Positions 45,767-55,398 of a stretch of 64,000 bases of DNA are shown here, piece after piece. Origin of the DNA: an uncultured beta proteobacterium (GTDB taxonomy: Bacteria; Pseudomonadota; Gammaproteobacteria; Burkholderiales; Casimicrobiaceae); assembly GCA_963751405.1 (NCBI GenBank), contig CAVVUJ010000034.1, positions 21,957-85,956 of the forward strand, read 5' to 3'. The notes beneath the pieces were generated by a model. The model ran no database searches, was not told the DNA's origin, and was given only the letters and a program-made list of their open reading frames with translations. The translations under genes and the position numbers were made by a program. Every line of letters begins with the position of its first letter. Within the stretch, counting starts at the first letter, position 1.

Positions 45767-46214
45767 ATGATCCGTTACCGCAACTGGCTTGTCCTCGCGC
45801 TGACCGCCGGCGTGATCGCGCAAGGTGCCGCGGCGGCCGACGCGCTGCCGACGGTTCCGCTTTCGATCAACGGCCACAAGATCACCGCCGAGGTCGCGGC
45901 GACGCCCGAGCAGCGATCGACGGGGCTCATGCATCGTTTCAGCCTCAGGCCCGACCACGGCATGATCTTCGTGTTCGAGCGCCCGGAACCCCAGTCGTTC
46001 TGGATGAAGAACACGTTCATCCCGCTGTCGATCGCCTTCATCGCGCCCGATGGCCGCATCATCAACATCGACGACATGGCGCCGCAGGACGAGAACATCG
46101 CATTGGTCGAAGGGGCCGGCGCTCTACGCGCTCGAAATGCGCAAGGGCTGGTTCGCCGAGCGCGGGATCCGGGCAGGCGATGTCGTCAAGGGCCTGCCAA
46201 CGCCGAAAAAGTGA
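45767..46214 (+). pseudogene. DUF192 domain-containing protein; one frameshift as assembled
   Basis: MIRYRNWLVLALTAGVIAQGAAAADA (signal) ...GLMHRFSLRPDHGMIFVFERPEPQSFWMKNTFIPLSIAFIAPDGRIINIDDMAPQDEN is in the frame of ORF 44822-46240. After the GGGG run at ~46112, the next frame gives [36 protein letters not shown] (46212-46214). Confidence 0.75.
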
Positions 46215-46253
46215 AACCTTCCGCTCCAGTGACGCCTTGAACCCCGCCACGCC

Positions 46254-47051
46254 GTGCTGACCCCTCTGCGCCTGACGCCCATCCAGGTCGACCGCTCGAG
46301 GTACCTGCCGCCGCTGCTGCTCGAGCTGGTCGAAGCGGCAGAGCGCGGCGGGGATCTGGTGCCCGCCTTGGTCGGCGTGGTGCGCAAGCTGGGGTTCGAC
46401 GGATTCCTGTACGCGACCGCGAGTTACCACCTGCGGCCCAACAACGACGAGCGCATCTACTATTTCACGACCTTGCCGCGGGAGTGGGTGGTCCGCTACG
46501 ACCAGCAGGCCTACGTCGAGTGCGATCCCCGGGTCCTGTGCTCCTTCGAGAGCGCCCTCCCGTTCGTCTGGGACCAGGCGAGCGAGCGCGGCAGGAACGC
46601 GAAGACCGACGCCTTCCTCCTGGACGCCGCGGCCCACGGCGTCGCCAGCGGGGTCGCGTTTCCGGTCTATGCCGGCGTTCCGGCGCGTACGCTGGTCTCG
46701 TTGAGCTCGGCAACGCCGGTCATCGACGCCGCGCGGCGCGTCGAGATCGCGGCCAACCTGGGCAACATGATGATCCTCGGCCAATGCTTCCACGAGCTGT
46801 TCGTGAAGGGCGTGATCGAGAAGGGCGTCGCACCGCAATTCGAGGGCAAACCGTTGAGCGCGCGCGAGCGGCAGTGCCTGCAGCTGGCCGCGCACGGGAT
46901 GACCGGCGCCGAAATCGGCTTCAAGCTTGGCATCACCGAACGGGGGGTGACCTTTCATTTCGCCAACATCGTCACCAAGCTCGGCGTGCTGAACCGCCAC
47001 GAGGCGATCGCCAAGGGCATCGCGCAGGGAATCGTCCGGATGGAGGTTTGA
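46254..47051 (+). CDS. LuxR-family regulator with N-terminal autoinducer-binding domain (LuxR solo within this window)
   Basis: 265-aa ORF. The N-terminal domain carries the conserved W/Y/D-P/W/G pattern (REWVVRYDQQAYVECDPRV, LPFVWDQ, GVASGVAFPV). The C-terminal GerE/LuxR HTH is LSARERQCLQLAAHGMTGAEIGFKLGITERGVTFHFANIVTKLGVLNRHEAIAKG. No LuxI or HdtS-like gene lies within the window. Confidence 0.8.
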   Translation: MLTPLRLTPIQVDRSRYLPPLLLELVEAAERGGDLVPALVGVVRKLGFDGFLYATASYHLRPNNDERIYYFTTLPREWVVRYDQQAYVECDPRVLCSFESALPFVWDQASERGRNAKTDAFLLDAAAHGVASGVAFPVYAGVPARTLVSLSSATPVIDAARRVEIAANLGNMMILGQCFHELFVKGVIEKGVAPQFEGKPLSARERQCLQLAAHGMTGAEIGFKLGITERGVTFHFANIVTKLGVLNRHEAIAKGIAQGIVRMEV

Positions 47052-47094
47052 GCCGGGGCTCCTGGGGACGGACCACGGAGTTCGCACAGCAGAC

Positions 47095-47799
47095 TCAGTG
47101 GTCTGTCCCCAGGCACGCGTTGTCGCGCAGCCACGCGCGAAGGTCCGGGATCGATTGCACCGTCGCCAGCGGTTGCAGTTGCGCGAGCCCTGCCGGGGCG
47201 TGCGCGCCATAGCCGACCGCCAGCCCCGCCACGCCGGCGTTCCGCGCGAGCAGGAGATCGTGCGTGGTGTCACCGATCATCAGCGTGTCGCCGGGAACCG
47301 CGCCGACCTGATCCATCAGCCGGAGCAGCATGTCCGGATGCGGCTTCGCAAACCCTTCGTCGGCGCAGCGGGTCGCGGCGAAGAAACCGCCGATGCCGTG
47401 TTGCGCCAGCGCGTGGTCGAGGCCGGCCCGCGACTTGCCGGTGGCCACGCCGAGCACGATGCCCGCTGCGCCCAGCTCGGAGAGCATCTCGCGCACGCCG
47501 GCAAACAGCGAAATTGCCGCTTCGTGCGCGATGTAGTGATGCCGGTAGCGCGCGACGAGATCCGGTTGCCGTTCCAGCGGCAGATCCGGCGCGACGTGGC
47601 GCAGCGCGTCGGCGAGTCCGAGCCCGATCACGTATCGTGCGTTAACGTCATCGGGCACCGACGCGCCGATGTCGCGGCACGCCTGCTGCAGCGCCTCCGC
47701 GATGATCGCCGTCGAGTCGGCCAGCGTGCCGTCCCAGTCGAAGACGACGAAACGGAACCGGCGCGGCAGATAAGCGGCCGTGTCAGCCATCGGCGGCAT
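47095..47799 (-). CDS. HAD-IA family hydrolase (phosphoglycolate phosphatase-like)
   Basis: 234-aa ORF with FVVFDWDGTLADS (DxDG motif I), GVATGKS (motif II) and MIGDTTHDLLLARNAG (motif III/IV). It overlaps the rluC stop by 17 nt. Confidence 0.8.
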   Translation of the reverse strand: MPPMADTAAYLPRRFRFVVFDWDGTLADSTAIIAEALQQACRDIGASVPDDVNARYVIGLGLADALRHVAPDLPLERQPDLVARYRHHYIAHEAAISLFAGVREMLSELGAAGIVLGVATGKSRAGLDHALAQHGIGGFFAATRCADEGFAKPHPDMLLRLMDQVGAVPGDTLMIGDTTHDLLLARNAGVAGLAVGYGAHAPAGLAQLQPLATVQSIPDLRAWLRDNACLGTDH

Positions 47800-48748
47800 C
47801 GAGGCGCGCGACGAAGGCCGCGAGCTCGGGCGCGAGCGGCGCTTCGACGACCACTTCGCGGCCGTCGACCGGGTGCGCGAAACGGATCCGGTGCGCGTGC
47901 AGGAACATGCGCTTCAGCCCCTGTCGCGCGAGCGCCTTGTTCCACGCGAAATCGCCGTACTTGTCGTCGCCGGCCAGCGGAAAACCGAGATGCGTGAGGT
48001 GGACGCGGATCTGGTGCGTGCGCCCGGTCTCGAGCTCCGCTTCGAGCAAGGCAACGGGCGGGTCCGCCTGCGGCCACACCTTCACGCGCCGGAAGATGGT
48101 GCGCGCGAGCCGGCCGGCGGAGTCCACGCGCACGCGTCGCTCGCCGTCGTCGGTGACGTAGCTCGTGAGCGACAATTCGACCGCGCGCAGCGCGTCGCGC
48201 CACTTGCCGCGGACCAGGACGTAGTAGCGCTTGTCGATCGCCCCGTCGCGCAGCTGCGCGTGCAATCCCGTCAACGCGCTCCGCTTCTTCGCGATGACGA
48301 GCGCGCCCGAAGTGTCGCGGTCGAGCCGATGCACGAGCTCGAGAAAGGCCGCCTCCGGGCGCGCGTGGCGCAACCGCTCGATGACGCCGAACGATATCCC
48401 GCTTCCGCCATGGACGGCGAGACCGGCGGGCTTGTCGAGGACGATCAGCGCGTCGTCCTCGAACAATATCGGGGGGACCGCGACGCGGCCCATGCCTTCG
48501 GTGCCGGGCTTGTGCCCTGGCGCCGCCGCTCGGATCGGAGGTATCCGAAGCTCGTCACCGACGACCAGGCGAGCCTCCGGCCCGACCTTGCGGCGGTTCA
48601 CCCTGACCTCGCCGCTCCGCAGGATCCGGTAGATGTGGCTCTTGGGAACGCCCTTGAGGATCTTGACGAGGTAATTGTCGATACGCTGACCCTGCCCGTC
48701 CTCACCCACTGCAAGCCAGTTCACAGCATCCTTGCTTAAATCATTCAT
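47783..48748 (-). CDS. rluC: 23S rRNA pseudouridine(955/2504/2580) synthase RluC
   Basis: Residue 40 onward of tracked ORF 47783-48865 (MNDLSKDAVNWLAVGEDGQGQRIDNYLVKILKGVPKSHIYRILRSGEVRVN is the S4 domain). It also has HRLDRDTSGALVIAKK and GRTHQIRVHL. It is divergent from rne, as in E. coli. Confidence 0.9.
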   Translation of the reverse strand: MNDLSKDAVNWLAVGEDGQGQRIDNYLVKILKGVPKSHIYRILRSGEVRVNRRKVGPEARLVVGDELRIPPIRAAAPGHKPGTEGMGRVAVPPILFEDDALIVLDKPAGLAVHGGSGISFGVIERLRHARPEAAFLELVHRLDRDTSGALVIAKKRSALTGLHAQLRDGAIDKRYYVLVRGKWRDALRAVELSLTSYVTDDGERRVRVDSAGRLARTIFRRVKVWPQADPPVALLEAELETGRTHQIRVHLTHLGFPLAGDDKYGDFAWNKALARQGLKRMFLHAHRIRFAHPVDGREVVVEAPLAPELAAFVARLDAADG

Positions 48749-49365
48749 ATGCCTAATAATTATGTCTTGCAGCACGCTTGGCCATGGGCAGCGATCGAGT
48801 GATCGCAGCCTCATTTGACCCAATTGGCGGCGCACTCGATCATCGGAGGATGGCGAGGGTCCCACCGGTCAGGCGACCGCCCCGCGCTGTGGGGCAAAGA
48901 CGGCCGTGGCATTTTGCGTAAACCGGCCGCCGGTTAAATCCACTGACCGTCCGGGCGTTGCGCCCCGGAAAAGTAGGGATGTTAAAGGAAGAGCGCAGTC
49001 TCCGCACCCGGCTTGCGGCCGGTTCGAAGCGGCGCATTGCGCGGCGCACCTAGCGACTATTTCTGCCTCAGGCTGTCCCCTCGCTCGCGACTCTTGGTCG
49101 CAGCGGCCGACAGCCGTGAGCCAAACCGCTTGCACGCAACCACGAAGCCCACCGCACCGATGAGACCGTACCGCCTCGCCACTGTCGAGGCCGACGCCAG
49201 GCATGCACCAGACAGCGTCCACCCCGCTCTCGTCCGCCCGCAGCCACCGCTGCGGGTGCGGTTGATTTCGCTCGCGTCCGCCGCTCGATAGCGTCAAGCC
49301 GCGCAGCGCGCGGCCCCCGTTTCGCCCCGCCCCAGGCCCGGCCGGACCCGCGCCGGGAAAATGCT
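48749..49365 (+). promoter_or_regulatory. rluC-rne divergent promoter region and long (~0.5-0.6 kb) structured rne leader
   Basis: 617 nt without a credible ORF lie between the divergent rluC and rne genes. There is an AT-rich patch at 48749-48790 and many GC hairpins (e.g. GCGATCgagtGATCGC at ~48791, CCGCAGCcaccGCTGCGG at ~49238). RNase E genes are known to be autoregulated through long 5' UTRs. Confidence 0.45.
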
Positions 49366-52206
49366 ATGAAGCGCATGCTGTTCAACGCCACCCAGGCGGA
49401 GGAGCTTCGGGTGGCGATCGTCGACGGCCAGAAACTGGTCGATCTCGACATCGAGTCCGCGAGCAAGGAACAACGCAAGAGCAACATCTACAAGGCCGTC
49501 ATCACCCGCGTCGAGCCCAGCCTCGAGGCGTGCTTCGTCGATTACGGCACCGAGCGCCACGGTTTTCTGCCGTTCAAGGAGATCGCGCGCCAGTATCTGA
49601 AGGGCCGCGGCCGCGCCGACAACGGTGGCGGCGACGAAGGCGACGGCGACGGCGCCGGACGCGGGCGCATCCAGGACCAGCTCCGGGAAGGGATGGAGCT
49701 GATCGTCCAGGTCGACAAGGACGAGCGGGGCAACAAGGGCGCCGCGCTCACGACCTACATTTCGCTGGCCGGCCGCTACCTCGTGCTGATGCCGAACAAT
49801 CCGCGCGGCGGCGGCGTGTCGCGACGGGTCGAGGGCGAGGAGCGCAACGAGCTGCGCGACGCCATCAGCGGGCTCGACGTTCCCCAGGGCATGAGCGTCA
49901 TTGCGCGCACTGCGGGCATCGGCCGGGGCACCGAGGAGCTGCAGTGGGACCTGAACTACCTGATGCAGCTGTGGCGGGCCATCGAGGACGCCTCGAAGCT
50001 GCAATCCGGCGCGTTCCTGATCTACCAGGAATCGAGCCTCGTCATCCGCGCGATCCGCGACTACTTCCATCCGGACATCGGCGAGCTCCTGATCGACACC
50101 GAGTCGATCTTCGAGCAGGCGCAGCAGTTCATGAGCCACGTGATGCCGGCCACCGTGCATCGCGTCAAGCTCTACAAGGACGACGTGCCGCTGTTCTCCC
50201 GCTTCCAGATCGAGCACCAGATCGAGACCGCGTACGCGCGGCAGGTGCCGCTGCCGTCAGGCGGCGCGATCGTCATCGACCACACCGAGGCGCTCGTTTC
50301 GGTGGACGTCAATTCGGCCCGCGCGACCAAGGCCGGCGACATCGAGACGACGGCCTTCAACACCAACTGCGAAGCCGCCGACGAGATCGCCCGCCAGCTG
50401 CGTCTGCGTGACCTGGGCGGACTCATCGTCATCGACTTCATCGACATGGAGAACGCGAAGAACCAGCGCGAGGTCGAGGATCGCCTCAAGGAAGCGCTGC
50501 GCTACGACCGCGCCCGCGTCCAGCTGGGCAGGATCTCGCGCTTCGGGCTGATGGAGCTGTCGCGGCAACGCCTGCGCCCGGCGCTCGCCGAGTCGGCGTA
50601 CATCCCCTGCCCGCGATGCCACGGCATCGGGCACATCCGCGGCACGGAATCGAGCGCGCTCCACATCCTGCGCATCCTGCAGGAAGAGGCGATGAAGGAA
50701 AACAGCGCGCAGGTCGTCGCGCAGGTGCCGGTCGACGTCGCGACGTTCCTGCTCAACGAAAAGCGGACGGAAGTGCTGTCGATCGAGACGCGGTTCAAGG
50801 TCAACGTCCTGCTCATCCCGAACCGCCATCTGGAAACGCCGAATTACACGATCGAGCGGCTGCGCCACGACGACCTCAACCAGAGCGAGCCGCTGCCGTT
50901 GAGCTTCAACCTCGTCACGCAGCCCGAGGAGCCCGACCGCGTCCAGCAGCTGAAGGAAGAAGCGAAGGAACCGCGCCAGGAAGCGGCCGTCAAGGGCATC
51001 ACCCCCGCGGAGCCGGCGCCCATTCCCGTGGAGCCACCGCCGCCCGCGCCCAGTGCCCCGCAGGCAGCGCCGCAGGCCTCGACCGGCTGGCTCGCCAAAG
51101 TGCTTGGCTGGTTCAGCAGCAAGCCGGCCATTCCGGCGCCACCGCCAAGGGTGGAAACACCGCGCGAAAGCCGCGAACCACGCCGCGAAGCGCGCGATGG
51201 CCGTGACGGTCGCGGCGACCGCGATCGCGGTCGCGGCCAGGGCCGGCGCGACGAGCGCCGAGGCGATGGTCGCGACAACCGTGGCGGCCGCGGCGACGCG
51301 CGCCCGCAGCAGGGTGCGCAGGGTCAGCGCCGGGACGGTCAAGCACCGCGCGAGGGTCAGCCGCCGCGCGAGCCGCGCCCGCCGCGTGAGGCGCGCCCGC
51401 CGCGCGAAGGCCAGCCGCCCCGTGACGGCCAACCGCCACGTGAAGGGCAACCGCCGCGCGAACCTCGTCCGCCGCGCGAACCTCGTCCGCCGCGCGAGCC
51501 GCGTGAAGGACAGCCGCCGCGCGAGCCACGGCCGCCCCGCGAACCACGGCCGCAGGGACCAGTCAGCGCGGATGCCGCTCTGCCCGCCATCGAGGCCGCA
51601 GAGCCGGGTATGGAGCGTTCGATGGATCATTCTGCCGCCCCGCGTGAAGGCGGCGAAGGCAACCGTCGCCGCCGCGACCGTCACCGCCGCGGCGAACGGG
51701 GCGAGCGTCCGGAGGGTACCGAGCCGCACGTCGCTGAAGCGCGCGTCGAGAATGCCGGCATGACCGTCGTGTCCGAAGCCCATGTGCCGATGGCCGAGGC
51801 CGCGCACGCCGCTCAACCCGACATCGTGCCGCCGATGCCCGCCGTCGAACCGCCGCGCGCCATCGTGCCGGTGGAAGTCGAACGCGCCATCGCGCCGGTG
51901 GAAGTCGAGCGCGCCGTCGCGCCGGTCTCGGCTCCTGCGGCTGCCAAGCCCGAGCCGATCCCACAGCCCAGGCCCGCGGCACCGCCGCCGCGCCAGGTCG
52001 AGGCCCTCCCGCCGGTGGCGATGACCCTGCCGGCCGATTCCGGCCTCGAGCTCGTCGAGACGCGAGCCAAGGCGCTACCCGTGCCCGAACCCGAACCGGC
52101 GCCAGCTGCCGGACCGCGGCGCGTGCGGCCGCCGCGCGTGGTCATTCCCGACGAACCGCTGCAGATCGTCGAGACGCACAAGGAAGGGCAACCGCCGGCG
52201 GGTTGA
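49366..52206 (+). CDS. rne: Ribonuclease E
   Basis: 946-aa ORF with [30 protein letters not shown], an S1 domain ([22 protein letters not shown]), the catalytic core ([29 protein letters not shown]) and Zn-link CPRCHG. An Arg/Pro/Glu-rich scaffold region follows. Confidence 0.95.
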   Translation: MKRMLFNATQAEELRVAIVDGQKLVDLDIESASKEQRKSNIYKAVITRVEPSLEACFVDYGTERHGFLPFKEIARQYLKGRGRADNGGGDEGDGDGAGRGRIQDQLREGMELIVQVDKDERGNKGAALTTYISLAGRYLVLMPNNPRGGGVSRRVEGEERNELRDAISGLDVPQGMSVIARTAGIGRGTEELQWDLNYLMQLWRAIEDASKLQSGAFLIYQESSLVIRAIRDYFHPDIGELLIDTESIFEQAQQFMSHVMPATVHRVKLYKDDVPLFSRFQIEHQIETAYARQVPLPSGGAIVIDHTEALVSVDVNSARATKAGDIETTAFNTNCEAADEIARQLRLRDLGGLIVIDFIDMENAKNQREVEDRLKEALRYDRARVQLGRISRFGLMELSRQRLRPALAESAYIPCPRCHGIGHIRGTESSALHILRILQEEAMKENSAQVVAQVPVDVATFLLNEKRTEVLSIETRFKVNVLLIPNRHLETPNYTIERLRHDDLNQSEPLPLSFNLVTQPEEPDRVQQLKEEAKEPRQEAAVKGITPAEPAPIPVEPPPPAPSAPQAAPQASTGWLAKVLGWFSSKPAIPAPPPRVETPRESREPRREARDGRDGRGDRDRGRGQGRRDERRGDGRDNRGGRGDARPQQGAQGQRRDGQAPREGQPPREPRPPREARPPREGQPPRDGQPPREGQPPREPRPPREPRPPREPREGQPPREPRPPREPRPQGPVSADAALPAIEAAEPGMERSMDHSAAPREGGEGNRRRRDRHRRGERGERPEGTEPHVAEARVENAGMTVVSEAHVPMAEAAHAAQPDIVPPMPAVEPPRAIVPVEVERAIAPVEVERAVAPVSAPAAAKPEPIPQPRPAAPPPRQVEALPPVAMTLPADSGLELVETRAKALPVPEPEPAPAAGPRRVRPPRVVIPDEPLQIVETHKEGQPPAG
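51340..51555 (+). repeat. In-frame short tandem repeats in the rne scaffold region (P-P-R-E-x-x-x heptads)
   Basis: About ten 21-nt units encode [69 protein letters not shown]. Confidence 0.85.
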
Positions 52207-52231
52207 CCGTCGCGGCGCTGTCGGCAAAGAG

Positions 52232-52265
52232 GAAGGCGGGCTGCGTGCCCGCCTTCGCTTTTTTG
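52232..52265 (+). terminator. Intrinsic terminator of rne
   Basis: GAAGGCGGGC-tgcgt-GCCCGCCTTC (10-bp stem) followed by GCTTTTTTG. It lies 26 nt after the rne stop. Confidence 0.85.
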
Positions 52266-52286
52266 CGGATGCTACGATCGACGCTG

Positions 52287-52763
52287 ATGAAGCGGCTGCT
52301 GATCGTCTACCACACGCAGTTCGGCGGCACAGCGCAGATGGCCGAGGCCGCCTTCGCCGGCGCGCGATCGATCGCCGAGGTCGACACGGTGTTCCTGCGC
52401 GCCGCTGATGCCGGCGTGGCGGATCTCATCGCGGCGCACGCGCTGCTTGTCGCCACGTCCGAGAATTTCGGCGGCATGGCGGGCATGGTCAAGGACTTCC
52501 TGGAGCGGGTTTACTATCCCTGCGAAGGCAGGCTCGAAGGCCGGGCCTATGCGACGCTCGTCTGCGCCGGCACCGACGGCACCGGCGCGATGCGCGACGT
52601 CGACCGCGTGGCGACCGGGCTCCGGCTGCACAAGGTGCATCCGGGTCTCATCCACAAGAGCGGGGTCACGGCCCGGCCGGTCACCATCCCGGACGAGGTG
52701 CTGGCCGGGTGCCGCGAAATCGGCGCGACGCTCGCCGCGGGACTCGCGGCCGGCATCTACTGA
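52287..52763 (+). CDS. Flavodoxin-like fold / NAD(P)H-dependent oxidoreductase family protein
   Basis: Residue 29 onward of tracked ORF 52203-52763: MKRLLIVYHTQFGGTAQMAEAAFAGA...LLVATSENFGGMAGMVKDFLERVYY. Confidence 0.65.
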   Translation: MKRLLIVYHTQFGGTAQMAEAAFAGARSIAEVDTVFLRAADAGVADLIAAHALLVATSENFGGMAGMVKDFLERVYYPCEGRLEGRAYATLVCAGTDGTGAMRDVDRVATGLRLHKVHPGLIHKSGVTARPVTIPDEVLAGCREIGATLAAGLAAGIY

Positions 52764-52775
52764 TCGCGCCGCCGG

Positions 52776-53282
52776 TCAGGCGCGCGTCACGATCGGTTGC
52801 AGGCGTGCAACGAGGCCGGCCGCCGATGCCTCGATGAGATCGAGAACGCGATCGAAGCCCTCGGGCCCCCCGAAGTACGGATCGGGCACCTCGCGCCTTT
52901 GCATCTGCGGCGCAAACTCGAGCAGCAAACCGAGGTGACCCGCGAAATCCGGAGGCTTCATCGCGGTGAGCGCCCGCAGATTCGCGTCGTCCATCCCGAG
53001 GATCCATCCGAACCGGGTGAAGTCGGCCGCCTCGACCTGCCGTCCGCGCAAAGCGGTAAGGTCGTACCCGCGCCGGCGCGCCGCCTGGATGGCGCGGCGG
53101 TCGGGTGGCGCGCCGACGTGCCAGTCACCGAGTCCCGCGGAGTCCGTCCGGACGCGACCCGCAAGCCCGGCACGCTCGAGGGCCACGCGGAAGACGCCCT
53201 CCGCCGTCGGGGAACGGCAAATGTTCCCGAGACAGACGAACAGGACGGCGGCGGCGGGCTCGGCAATGCGATCGGCGGTCAT
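52776..53282 (-). CDS. Low-molecular-weight protein-tyrosine phosphatase
   Basis: P-loop VLFVCLGNICRSPTAEGV (CX5R-S), DSAG, and the DPYFG general-acid loop. Tracked ORF is 52776-53306; the start may be ATG 53306 or ATG 53282. Confidence 0.88.
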   Translation of the reverse strand: MTADRIAEPAAAVLFVCLGNICRSPTAEGVFRVALERAGLAGRVRTDSAGLGDWHVGAPPDRRAIQAARRRGYDLTALRGRQVEAADFTRFGWILGMDDANLRALTAMKPPDFAGHLGLLLEFAPQMQRREVPDPYFGGPEGFDRVLDLIEASAAGLVARLQPIVTRA

Positions 53283-53329
53283 GACGCGACGAGTATCAAC
53301 GGCCACGGGCGATCACGCAACCGTCCCCT

Positions 53330-55360
53330 TCAATCCCCGGGCAAGGCCACGCCGAACATCGCCTCCTTCAGCTCGATGAGACGGTCGCGCAGCTCCGCCG
53401 CCTTCTCGAATTCCAGATTCCTGGCGGCGGCGAGCATGTCCCGCTCGATGTGCTTCAGCTCCCGTTCCATGTCCTTCTCGGGCATCGACTCGTACTTTGC
53501 CCGGGTCTGCGCCGCCCGCAGCTGCTTCTTTCCCGCGTCGGCATCGTACACGCCGTCGATCAGGTCCTTGATCCGCTTCTGGACGCCGATCGGCGTGATG
53601 CCCATCTTCTCGTTCCAGGCGAGCTGCCGGTTGCGCCGGCGCGTGGTCTCGCCGATGGCCGCGGTCATCGAATCCGTCATCGTGTCGGCGTAGAGGATCG
53701 CCATGCCGTTGATGTGCCGCGCGGCGCGGCCGATGGTCTGGATCAGCGAGCGCCCGGAGCGCAGGAAGCCTTCCTTGTCCGCATCGAGGATCGCGACCAG
53801 CGACACCTCGGGGATGTCGAGCCCTTCCCGCAGCAGGTTGATCCCGACCAGCACGTCGAACTCGCCCAGGCGCAGGTCGCGGATGATCTCGACCCGCTCG
53901 ACGGTGTCGATGTCGGAGTGCAGATACCGGACGCGCACGCCGTGCTCGTTGAGATAGTCGGTGAGGTCCTCCGCCATCCGCTTGGTCAGCGTCGTCACCA
54001 GCACGCGCTCGTGCTTCTCGGCGCGCAGGTTGATCTCGGAGAGCAGGTCGTCGACCTGCGTCTGCGCCGGCCGAACCTCGAGCGTCGGGTCCACCAGCCC
54101 GGTCGGGCGCACGAGCTGCTCGACCACCTGCCCCGCGTGCTTCTGCTCGTAGTCGGCCGGGGTGGCGGAGATGAAGAGCGTCTGCGGCAGCAGCCGCTCG
54201 AACTCGTCGAAGCGCAGCGGCCGGTTGTCGAGCGCCGACGGCAGGCGGAACCCGTAGTTGACGAGATTCTCCTTGCGCGCCCGGTCGCCTTTGTACATGC
54301 CGCCGACCTGCGGGATCGTCACGTGGCTCTCGTCGATGAAGACGAGCGAGCGCGACGGCAGGTAGTCGATCAGCGTCGGCGGCGGCTCCCCCGCGCCGCG
54401 CCCCGACAGGTGGCGCGAGTAGTTCTCGATGCCCTTGCAGAACCCGATCTCGGTCATCATCTCGAGATCGAAACGCGTCCGCTGCTCGATGCGCTGCGCC
54501 TCGATCAGCTTCATCTGCGCGACGAAGGTGTCCTTCGTCCGCACCAGCTCGACCTTGATCTTCTCGATCGCGTCGAGCACCTTCTGCCGCCCGGTCACGT
54601 AGTGGCTCGACGGAAACACGGTAAAGCGCCCGATGCGCTGCCGGATGTGGCCGGTGAGCGGATCGAACAGCTGCAGCGATTCGACCTGGTCGTCGAACAG
54701 CGCGATGCGCACCGCGTTCTCGGCGTGCTCGGCCGGGAAGACGTCGATCACGTCGCCGCGCACGCGAAAGGTGCCGCGCCGGAAATCGGCCTCGTTCCGC
54801 GCGTACTGCATCTCGGTCAGCCGGCGGATCGCGTCGCGCTGCGTCAGCGCATCGCCTTCCTTCACGTGCAGGATCATGCTGTGGTACTCGGACGGATCGC
54901 CGATGCCGTAGATCGCCGAGACCGTCGCCACGATCACGCAGTCCGGGCGCTCGAGGATCGCCTTCGTCGCCGACAGGCGCATCTGCTCGATGTGCTCGTT
55001 GATCGAGCTGTCCTTCTCGATGTAGAGGTCGCGCGACGGAACGTACGCCTCGGGCTGGTAATAGTCGTAGTACGAGACGAAGTACTCGACGGCATTGTGC
55101 GGAAAGAACTCGCGGAATTCGGCGTAGAGCTGCGCGGCGAGCGTCTTGTTGGGCGCGAGCACCAGCGCCGGCCGCCCCGTCTGCGCGATCACGTTGGCCA
55201 TCGTGAACGTCTTGCCCGACCCCGTCACGCCCAGCAGCGTCTGGAACGCGAGGCCGTCGGCCAGGCCCTCGACCAGCTTGGCGATCGCTTCCGGCTGGTC
55301 TCCGGCGGGCTCGAACGGCTTGAAGAGCTGGTAGGGACTGTTCGGGAAGGTGACGAGCAT
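53330..55360 (-). CDS. uvrB: Excinuclease ABC subunit B
   Basis: C-terminal 676 codons of tracked ORF 53330-57346, from [26 protein letters not shown] (ATG 55360). It has [54 protein letters not shown], and the C-terminal UVR motif [11 protein letters not shown]. Confidence 0.95.
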   Translation of the reverse strand: MLVTFPNSPYQLFKPFEPAGDQPEAIAKLVEGLADGLAFQTLLGVTGSGKTFTMANVIAQTGRPALVLAPNKTLAAQLYAEFREFFPHNAVEYFVSYYDYYQPEAYVPSRDLYIEKDSSINEHIEQMRLSATKAILERPDCVIVATVSAIYGIGDPSEYHSMILHVKEGDALTQRDAIRRLTEMQYARNEADFRRGTFRVRGDVIDVFPAEHAENAVRIALFDDQVESLQLFDPLTGHIRQRIGRFTVFPSSHYVTGRQKVLDAIEKIKVELVRTKDTFVAQMKLIEAQRIEQRTRFDLEMMTEIGFCKGIENYSRHLSGRGAGEPPPTLIDYLPSRSLVFIDESHVTIPQVGGMYKGDRARKENLVNYGFRLPSALDNRPLRFDEFERLLPQTLFISATPADYEQKHAGQVVEQLVRPTGLVDPTLEVRPAQTQVDDLLSEINLRAEKHERVLVTTLTKRMAEDLTDYLNEHGVRVRYLHSDIDTVERVEIIRDLRLGEFDVLVGINLLREGLDIPEVSLVAILDADKEGFLRSGRSLIQTIGRAARHINGMAILYADTMTDSMTAAIGETTRRRNRQLAWNEKMGITPIGVQKRIKDLIDGVYDADAGKKQLRAAQTRAKYESMPEKDMERELKHIERDMLAAARNLEFEKAAELRDRLIELKEAMFGVALPGD

Positions 55361-55398
55361 GGCGAGGGGATCCGGGGCGCGCAGGGTAACCGTGTATT

